NCBI GenBank assembly: GCA_964501735.1
Contig: CAZCVG010000001.1
Location: 1-53,184 of the forward strand
Source: an uncultured Gemmatimonadaceae bacterium
GTDB taxonomy: Bacteria; Gemmatimonadota; Gemmatimonadetes; Gemmatimonadales; GWC2-71-9
Direction of reading: 5' to 3'
Length of the DNA stretch: 53,184 nucleotides
Part shown: piece after piece, positions 11,075 to 17,580 of the stretch
Numbering within the stretch: the stretch's first letter is position 1
How the letters are laid out: every line of letters starts with the position of its first letter
Position numbers and translations under genes: made by a program
Notes under the pieces: generated by a model
Seen by the model: the letters and a program-made list of their open reading frames with translations, nothing else
Told to the model about the DNA's origin: nothing
The model's database searches: none

Positions 11075-11851
11075 ATGAACGACTCGACACTCAGCATCGG
11101 CGGCCGGACCTTCCGTTCCCGGCTGCTGGTCGGCACCGGCAAGTACCGCAGCAACCAGGAGATGCTCGCCGCCATCACGGCGTCCGGGGCGGAGGTGGTA
11201 ACCGTCGCGGTGCGCCGTGTGGACCTGGACCGCACCAAAGAGGAGGGCGTGCTCCATCACCTCGACCCCGGCCGGTTCTTCCTGCTGGCCAACACCGCTG
11301 GCTGCTACAGCGCCGGGGAGGCGGTCCGCTACGCCCGGCTGGCCCGCGAGGCGGGATTCAACGAGTTCATCAAGCTGGAAGTGATCGGGGACAAGGAGAC
11401 CCTGCTCCCCGACACCGAGGGGCTGCTCGCCGCCACCCGCACCCTCGCGGCGGAGGGCTTCCAGGTCATGGCCTACACCAACGACGACCTCATCACCGCG
11501 CTCCGGCTGGAGGATGCCGGTGCCGCCGCCGTGATGCCGCTCGCCTCGCCCATCGGCAGCGGGCTGGGGCTGCTCAATCCCTACAGCATCCGCACGATCA
11601 AGCGCCGCCTGACAGTGCCGGTGCTGGTGGACGCCGGCGTGGGCACCGCCTCGGATGCCTGCATCACGATGGAGCAGGGCGTGGACGGCATCCTCATGAA
11701 CACCGCCATCGCCGAGGCGGCCGATCCCGTGGGCATGGCCACCGCGATGCGGCTGGCGGTGGAGGCGGGCCGGCTCGCCTACCTGGCCGGCCGCATGCCG
11801 CGGCGCGAGGTCGCCGTGCCGTCGAGCCCGGACACCGGGATGGTGGGGTGA
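11075..11851 (+). CDS. thiG: thiazole synthase
   Basis: GTGKY, IKLEVIGD and VMPLASPIGSGLG blocks. Confidence 0.95.
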   Translation: MNDSTLSIGGRTFRSRLLVGTGKYRSNQEMLAAITASGAEVVTVAVRRVDLDRTKEEGVLHHLDPGRFFLLANTAGCYSAGEAVRYARLAREAGFNEFIKLEVIGDKETLLPDTEGLLAATRTLAAEGFQVMAYTNDDLITALRLEDAGAAAVMPLASPIGSGLGLLNPYSIRTIKRRLTVPVLVDAGVGTASDACITMEQGVDGILMNTAIAEAADPVGMATAMRLAVEAGRLAYLAGRMPRREVAVPSSPDTGMVG

Positions 11852-13224
11852 AGAAGGCGCGCCGGGCGGCGCCCGACAGGGAGGCCGGGCCGGGGGCCGG
11901 GATTGTCGCGCCGTCTGCGGCGACGCCCCCCTCCGGCCTGGCCCCGAGGCTGGCCGCCTACCGCGTGCTGCGGGCCACCGAGAGCGGCGAAGCCTTCGAG
12001 CCGGCCCTGGACCGGACCCTGGGGGACCTGCCCGAGCCCGACCGGCGGCTGGCGCACGAGCTGGCCGCCGGCGTGCTGCGCCAGCGCCACGACCTGGATG
12101 CCCGCCTCGGGCCGCTGGTCCATCGCGGCTGGACCAGCGTCCAGCCGGAACTGCGCGACGTGCTGCGGCTGGGGGCCTACCAGCTCACCGCCCTCGACCG
12201 GGTCCCGGCCCACGCCGCCGTCTCCACCACCGTGGAGCTGGCCCGTGCCGAGCTGGGCGAAGCCGCCGCCCGGTTCGCCAACGCGCTCCTGCGAGGACTG
12301 GGCGGCCGGGCCGCCCCGCCCCCGCCGGGCGGCGACCTCGCCCGCAATCTCGCCAACCGCTACTCCCACCCGCGGTGGCTGGTGCGCCGCTGGCTGGACC
12401 AGTTCGGCGCCGCCGAGACCGAGACCCTCCTGCAGTGGAACAACAGCCGGCCCGCGCTCATCCTCCAGCCGGCCCGCACTTCGCTCCCCGACCTGCAGCG
12501 CACCCTGTGGGAGCAGGGCATTGCTTCCCGGCGGGCGCCGTTCGACGCGGGGCTGGTCGTCGAGGCCAGCCGGCCGGCGGACCTGCCGGGCTTCGCCCAG
12601 GGCGGATTCGTGGTGCAGGACGCAGCACAGGCGCTGGTGGCCCGGTTCGCCGCGGTCCCCGAGGGCGGCATCGCCTACGACGCCTGTGCCGCGCCGGGGG
12701 GAAAGACCATCGCCCTGGGCCAGGCCGCCCGGCGGGTGATGGCCGGCGAACTGCGCCGGGACCGGACCCTCAGGCTGGTGCAGAACGTGGAGCGGGCGGG
12801 CAGCGGCCGGGAGCATGTCGTCGTCGCTTCGGCGGAACACCCGCCGTGCCGGGCGGTGGACCTCGTCCTGCTCGACGCCCCCTGTCTCGGGACGGGCACC
12901 TTCGGCCGCCACCCCGACGCCCGGTGGAAGGTCTCGGTGGAAGCCCTGGACCGGCTGGCCGGCCAGCAGGCCGGGCTGCTTGCCGGGGCGGCGGGCGCGG
13001 TGCGGCCGGGAGGGTGGTTAGTTTACGCGACCTGCTCACTGGAACCGGAAGAGAACGAGAACCAGGTGGACACCTTCCTTGCCGCGCATCCGGCCTTCCA
13101 TCGGGATCCCCCGCCCGGGATGCCGGCCGAGCTCCTCACCGGCCGGGGGGACCTCCAGCTCCTGCCCCAGCGCCACGGCACCGATGGCGCCTTCGCCGCC
13201 CGGCTGCGCCGGAGGCCGGCGTGA
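11848..13224 (+). CDS. rsmB: 16S rRNA (cytosine967-C5)-methyltransferase
   Basis: DACAAPGGKT SAM site, DAPCLGTGTFGRHPD and YATCSLEPEENE catalytic-Cys blocks, and a NusB-like N-terminus. Confidence 0.9.
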   Translation: MKKARRAAPDREAGPGAGIVAPSAATPPSGLAPRLAAYRVLRATESGEAFEPALDRTLGDLPEPDRRLAHELAAGVLRQRHDLDARLGPLVHRGWTSVQPELRDVLRLGAYQLTALDRVPAHAAVSTTVELARAELGEAAARFANALLRGLGGRAAPPPPGGDLARNLANRYSHPRWLVRRWLDQFGAAETETLLQWNNSRPALILQPARTSLPDLQRTLWEQGIASRRAPFDAGLVVEASRPADLPGFAQGGFVVQDAAQALVARFAAVPEGGIAYDACAAPGGKTIALGQAARRVMAGELRRDRTLRLVQNVERAGSGREHVVVASAEHPPCRAVDLVLLDAPCLGTGTFGRHPDARWKVSVEALDRLAGQQAGLLAGAAGAVRPGGWLVYATCSLEPEENENQVDTFLAAHPAFHRDPPPGMPAELLTGRGDLQLLPQRHGTDGAFAARLRRRPA

Positions 13225-13991
13225 GGTTCAGCCGGCCCAGCGGCGCCACGGGCAGCCCGGGGTTCTTCCGCACCATCGCCGGCCGCCGGCTGCTCCGCCA
13301 GGTCGCCGTGGTGATCGCGGCATTCCTGGTGGGCTACCTCGTGAACGTTTTCTGGCTGTTCCCGGCGCCGCTCTTCTCCAAGGAACATGCCGTGCCCCGG
13401 CTGCTCGACATGGGCGCGACCGAGGCGCGGACGAGGCTGGAGGCGCAGGGCTTCCGGGTCCGCGTGGAGGACCAGCAGACCGATGTGAGCGCACCCCAGG
13501 GCACGGTGGTGTGGCAGGATCCCCCGCCGGGGGTGGTCGTGCCGCCCAACAGCCAGGTCGCGATCATCGTGAGCGAAGGCCCCCCCGATGTCCCGGTGCC
13601 GGACGTGGCGGGGTTTCCGCGGCTGCTGGCGGAGCGGGTCCTGGCCGCGGCGGGATTCAAGATCGGCGGTATTGACACCCTGCCCGCCTCCCCCGAGCCG
13701 GGCATCGTGATCCAGACCCGTCCGGCCTCCTCGGTGGGCCGGCCGGTCGGGACCCCCGTCACCCTTGTCATCAGCAGCGGCCCCGCCGAGGTTACCGTGC
13801 CGACCGTCATCGGGCTGCCGCTGCCGGTGGCCCGGGAGCGGCTCGAGGTCCTCGGCCTGGCGGTCGGGAAGGTCACCGGGCGCACCGCGCCGGGCCGGGT
13901 GGAGGGGATGGTGCTGGAACAGCGTCCGTCCGGCGGGGCCCGGGTGGCCCGGACCACCAAGGTGGACTTCATCGTTACACGCAAGGACTAG
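13221..13991 (+). CDS. membrane-anchored PASTA-repeat protein without a kinase or transpeptidase domain
   Basis: GTG at 13221 overlaps the rsmB stop. It has a cytoplasmic stub of about 30 aa, a TM segment VAVVIAAFLVGYLVNVFWLF, then three PASTA-like repeats (VPRLLDMGATEAR.., VPDVAGFPRLLAE.., VPTVIGLPLPVAR..). Confidence 0.75.
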   Translation: MRFSRPSGATGSPGFFRTIAGRRLLRQVAVVIAAFLVGYLVNVFWLFPAPLFSKEHAVPRLLDMGATEARTRLEAQGFRVRVEDQQTDVSAPQGTVVWQDPPPGVVVPPNSQVAIIVSEGPPDVPVPDVAGFPRLLAERVLAAAGFKIGGIDTLPASPEPGIVIQTRPASSVGRPVGTPVTLVISSGPAEVTVPTVIGLPLPVARERLEVLGLAVGKVTGRTAPGRVEGMVLEQRPSGGARVARTTKVDFIVTRKD

Positions 13992-13993
13992 CG

Positions 13994-14659
13994 ATGGCCG
14001 TGCGTATCGCCCCCAGCCTGCTCTCCGCCGACCTCGGCCGCCTGCGCGAACAGGTGGAGGCGGCCCTCGCGGGCGGGGCCGAGTGGCTGCACGTGGACGT
14101 GATGGATGGCCGCTTCGTGCCCAACCTCACGTTCGGCGCGCCCCTGATCCGCGCCCTCCGCCGCTTCACCGATGCCCCGCTGGACGTCCACCTCATGGTG
14201 GCCGAGCCCGAGCGGTTCATTCCCGAGTACGCCGACCTCGGCGTGAACGTTTTCACCTTCCATCCCGAGGCCACTACCCATGTGCAGCGGCACCTCGCTG
14301 CGATCCGGGAACGGGGGATGGCGGCGGGGCTGGCCCTGAATCCCTCGAGCCCGCTGGCCCTGGTCGAGGAGGTGCTGGCCGACATGGACCTGCTGCTGAT
14401 CATGAGCGTCAATCCCGGCTATGGGGGGCAGTCCTACCTCCCCGCGGCCACGGCCAAGATTGCCCGGGCGCGCGCCCTGCTGGAGCGCCACGGCGCCCGC
14501 GCCACGCTCGAGGTTGATGGGGGCATCACCCTGGACACCATCGCGGCGGCGTGGCGGGCGGGGGCGGATACCTTCGTGGCGGGAACGGCCGTCTTCGGGG
14601 CGCCTGACGTGGCCGGTGCGGTCCGCGGTCTCCAGCAGTGCTGCCGCGAGAGGGCCTGA
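13994..14659 (+). CDS. rpe: ribulose-phosphate 3-epimerase
   Basis: HVDVMDGRFVPNLTFG and MSVNPGYGGQ blocks. Confidence 0.95.
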   Translation: MAVRIAPSLLSADLGRLREQVEAALAGGAEWLHVDVMDGRFVPNLTFGAPLIRALRRFTDAPLDVHLMVAEPERFIPEYADLGVNVFTFHPEATTHVQRHLAAIRERGMAAGLALNPSSPLALVEEVLADMDLLLIMSVNPGYGGQSYLPAATAKIARARALLERHGARATLEVDGGITLDTIAAAWRAGADTFVAGTAVFGAPDVAGAVRGLQQCCRERA

Positions 14660-14663
14660 CCCG

Positions 14664-15260
14664 ATGACCAAGCAGTGGCTCCTGGTGCTCAGCGTCCTGG
14701 CCGGCCTGGTGATCGGCGGCGCCGCCCTGGTGGTGTACGGACCGGGCAAGGCGGCGGTCTCCGCCGGCAGCAAGGCGCCCAACTTCCGGGTGATGGACCT
14801 GGCCACCGGCGACAGCGTCCGGCTGCGCGATCACTACAAGGGCCACGTCACCCTGATCAACATCTGGGCGACCTGGTGCATCCCCTGCAAGATCGAGATG
14901 CCGGCCATGCAGCGGGTGTACGATTCGCTGGGGCCGCTGGGCTTCCGCATCGCGGCCGTGAGCATCGACCAGGAGGGCCCCGAGGTGGTGCGCCAGTTCA
15001 CCCAGAGACTGGGCCTCACCTTCGACGTGCTCCACGACCGCAGCGGCGCCATCCAGAACGCCTATCAGACCACCGGGGTGCCCGAGAGCTTCCTCCTGGA
15101 TACCACCGGGATCATCATGAAGCGGGTCATCGGCGCCCACGACTGGGCCTCCCCCGTCAACGTGGCCCTGATCCGCCGGCTCCTCGGCGACACCAGCGTC
15201 GTGGTCGGCACCCCGATCAGCGACCGCGCGCCGGCCGACACCCTGCCCCCCGGCCGGTGA
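14664..15260 (+). CDS. TlpA/ResA-family thiol:disulfide oxidoreductase (membrane anchored)
   Basis: Internal ATG of track ORF 14421..15260. Has an N-terminal TM segment and a WATWCIPC thioredoxin motif. Confidence 0.85.
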   Translation: MTKQWLLVLSVLAGLVIGGAALVVYGPGKAAVSAGSKAPNFRVMDLATGDSVRLRDHYKGHVTLINIWATWCIPCKIEMPAMQRVYDSLGPLGFRIAAVSIDQEGPEVVRQFTQRLGLTFDVLHDRSGAIQNAYQTTGVPESFLLDTTGIIMKRVIGAHDWASPVNVALIRRLLGDTSVVVGTPISDRAPADTLPPGR

Positions 15261-15310
15261 GCCGGCCGGCACCCCGGCGCCACGGCGCCGGGCCGGGATC
15301 GCCCTGACCG

Positions 15311-16366
15311 ATGCTGCTCGCCATCGAGACCTCCTGCGACGAGACCTCCGCGGCCATCCTGGGCCGGGACGGGGAGCGCCCCACTCTCAAGAGCCTGGTC
15401 ATCCTCTCCCAGGACGTGCACCAGGTCTTCGGCGGCGTGGTGCCGGAACTGGCCAGCCGGGCGCACCTCGTCACCATCCAGCAGGTGGTGGACCGGGCCC
15501 TGGAGGATGCCGGCACGAGCCTCGAGGAACTCGGCGGCATCGCCGTCACCGCCGGGCCGGGGTTGGTGGGAGCGCTGCTGGTCGGGGTGATCTACGGCAA
15601 GACCCTCGCCTACCGGCTCGGGATCCCGCTCATCGGCGTGCACCACCTGGAGGGGCACCTGTTCGCCCCCGTGCTGGAGCACCCCGGGCTGGAGCCGCCC
15701 TTCGTCGCCCTGCTGGTGAGCGGCGGCCACACCCTGCTGCTCGACGTCACGGCCTGGGGCGCCTACCGGCTGCTGGGCACCACCCGCGACGACGCCGCCG
15801 GCGAGGCGTTCGACAAGGTGGGCACCCTGCTCGGGCTGGGCTATCCCGGTGGTCCCGCCATCGAGCGCCTGGCCACGGCAGGCAACCCCGGGCGGTTCCG
15901 GTTTCCCCGCCCGATGCTGCGTGAGACAGCGGTGCCGGGGCCCGACCGCTACACCTTCTCGTTCAGCGGGCTCAAGACCGCCGTGCTGCGTGCGGTGCAG
16001 CAGAGCGATGACCTGGAGCGTGACCGCCCCGACCTGGCGCGGGGCTTCCAGGATGCGGTCGTCGAGGTGCTGGTCGAGAAGGCCGCCGCGGCCATCGAGA
16101 GCCTGGGGTACCAGACCCTGGTGCTCGGCGGCGGGGTCGCCTGCAACGGCGCCCTCACGGCCGCCGCCCGCGAACGGGTGGGGCCGGGAAGCCGGGTGGT
16201 GGTCGCCTCGAATCGCCTCAATACCGACAATGCCGCCATGATCGGCGCGGCGGGGCTCTTCCGGCTGGGCCGGGGGGAGCGCGCCGGGCTCGACCTCGAA
16301 CCCCGGGCCGATCTACCTTTCCCGGGCCTGCTCACCTCCGCCACCCTCCACGGAAGTCCCCGATGA
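15311..16366 (+). CDS. tsaD: tRNA N6-adenosine threonylcarbamoyltransferase
   Basis: LAIETSCDETSAAI and GVHHLEGHL metal site. Confidence 0.95.
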   Translation: MLLAIETSCDETSAAILGRDGERPTLKSLVILSQDVHQVFGGVVPELASRAHLVTIQQVVDRALEDAGTSLEELGGIAVTAGPGLVGALLVGVIYGKTLAYRLGIPLIGVHHLEGHLFAPVLEHPGLEPPFVALLVSGGHTLLLDVTAWGAYRLLGTTRDDAAGEAFDKVGTLLGLGYPGGPAIERLATAGNPGRFRFPRPMLRETAVPGPDRYTFSFSGLKTAVLRAVQQSDDLERDRPDLARGFQDAVVEVLVEKAAAAIESLGYQTLVLGGGVACNGALTAAARERVGPGSRVVVASNRLNTDNAAMIGAAGLFRLGRGERAGLDLEPRADLPFPGLLTSATLHGSPR

Positions 16367-17196
16367 ACATCTATCCCTTCATCGTCAAGGTCGGCCCCCT
16401 CGAGATCACCGGCTACGGGATCATGATGATGGTGGGCTTCCTCGTCGGCGGCTGGCTCATCACCCTCGAGCTGCGGCGCCGCGGGCTGTACGAGGAGTAC
16501 GCCGCCGACATCACCGTCGCCGCCGTCATCGGCGGGATCGTCGGCGCCAAGCTCTGGTACTGGGCCATGAACGGCGGCAGCCTCTTCTCCCGCGGCGGGC
16601 TGGTCTGGTACGGCGGGTTCGTCGGGGGATTCCTGGCGGTGATGCTCAACGGCTGGCGGCTCAAGGTCCCCATCCGCTGGACCTTCCATCTCTGCGCCCC
16701 GGCCCTGGCCGCCGCGTACGCCCTGGGCCGCATCGGCTGCTTCATTGTCAACGATGACTACGGCCACCCCACCGACCTGCCCTGGGGCGTCAAGTTCCCG
16801 CAGGGGCTGCCGCCGTCCACCGCCGAGCAGATGACCCACCAGTTCGGCATCGCCGTCCCGGCCGGCACCGATCCCGCGACAGTGCTGGCGGTCCATCCCA
16901 CCCAGCTGTACGAGGCGGCCATCATGCTGGGGGTGTTCGCGCTGCTGTGGCGGCTCCGGCTCCAGGCCCGCGCCATCGGCTGGATCTTCGGCATCTACCT
17001 GCTGTGCGCCGGGGTGGAGCGGTTCCTGATCGAGATCCTGCGAGCCAAGGACGACCGCTTCTTCGGGCCGCTCACCATCGCCCAGGTGGTCAGCATCGGC
17101 CTGGTCCTGGGCGGAGCCATCCTGCTCCAGCGGCTGCGGGAGGACGACAACCTGGCCCCCGGACCATACCTCACGCGCAGCCCGGCGGCGTCCTAG
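16363..17196 (+). CDS. lgt: prolipoprotein diacylglyceryl transferase
   Basis: YGIMMMVGFLVG, GRIGCFIVNDDYGHPTDLPWGV, polytopic membrane profile. Confidence 0.92.
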   Translation: MNIYPFIVKVGPLEITGYGIMMMVGFLVGGWLITLELRRRGLYEEYAADITVAAVIGGIVGAKLWYWAMNGGSLFSRGGLVWYGGFVGGFLAVMLNGWRLKVPIRWTFHLCAPALAAAYALGRIGCFIVNDDYGHPTDLPWGVKFPQGLPPSTAEQMTHQFGIAVPAGTDPATVLAVHPTQLYEAAIMLGVFALLWRLRLQARAIGWIFGIYLLCAGVERFLIEILRAKDDRFFGPLTIAQVVSIGLVLGGAILLQRLREDDNLAPGPYLTRSPAAS

Positions 17197-17210
17197 AAAT
17201 GTCGTTGAGC

Positions 17211-17259
17211 GGCAATTTTTGCCGGCATTTATTGCCGCACCGGCAAAATTATCCGGCAA
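17211..17259 (+). promoter_or_regulatory. cluster of GGCAA/TTGCC half-sites (candidate enhancer/UAS for an NtrC-type activator)
   Basis: GGCAA-TTT-TTGCC (17211-17223), GGCA-N5-TGCC (17224-17236) and the perfect TTGCCG-CAC-CGGCAA (17232-17246). CCGGCAA is repeated at 17240 and 17253. Confidence 0.45.
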
Positions 17260-17291
17260 GAAATGCAGGCACGAAAACGTAAGGCACTGCA

Positions 17292-17304
17292 AATCAACAA
17301 CTTG
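17292..17304 (+). promoter_or_regulatory. IHF core binding site
   Basis: AATCAACAACTTG matches WATCAANNNNTTR exactly. It lies between the palindromes and the -24/-12 element. Confidence 0.45.
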
Positions 17305-17319
17305 CGAAAATGTGATTTA

Positions 17320-17335
17320 TGGCACATGGCCTGCT
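17320..17335 (+). promoter_or_regulatory. sigma54 (-24/-12) promoter
   Basis: TGGCACATGGCCTGCT versus the consensus TGGCACG-N4-TTGCW. GG (17321-22) and GC (17333-34) are at the canonical 12-nt offset. Confidence 0.5.
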
Positions 17336-17345
17336 ATTTAACCGG

Positions 17346-17490
17346 GCGTGCGGCACTACAACGGTGCCCAACCGGAAGTGGCGGGCCGAAGAAGAGTGGA
17401 GCGAACATCCCGTTCGTCTCCGTCTAAACTCAGGGGGCGGTCCGTCACCCCACCACTGCAAGACGCCGGCTCGATTCGAGCCGGCGTTTT
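17346..17490 (+). ncRNA. candidate sigma54-dependent small RNA (family not recognised)
   Basis: The predicted start is about 12 nt after the -12 GC. Stem-loops are at 17352-17368, 17397-17421 and 17433-17451. The only open frame uses rare A/T-ending codons. It ends at the intrinsic terminator. Confidence 0.4.
17462..17490 (+). terminator. rho-independent terminator
   Basis: ACGCCGGCTCG-att-CGAGCCGGCGT is an 11-bp stem, followed by TTTTGCGTT. In the reverse orientation the T-tract is weaker. Confidence 0.75.
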
Positions 17491-17580
17491 GCGTTCCGGG
17501 GACTGGTGTCGCACCGTGACCGCAGGGGTAGTGCCCCAGGTCGGCGCCGCGGGCCGAGGCCCGGGGGAAGGACCGCCGGA

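Noticed and set aside
17462-17486. tRNA-like T-arm (GGCTCGATTCGAGCC)
   Set aside because: No acceptor, D or anticodon arms can be drawn around it. The 11-bp stem plus T-tract is a terminator.
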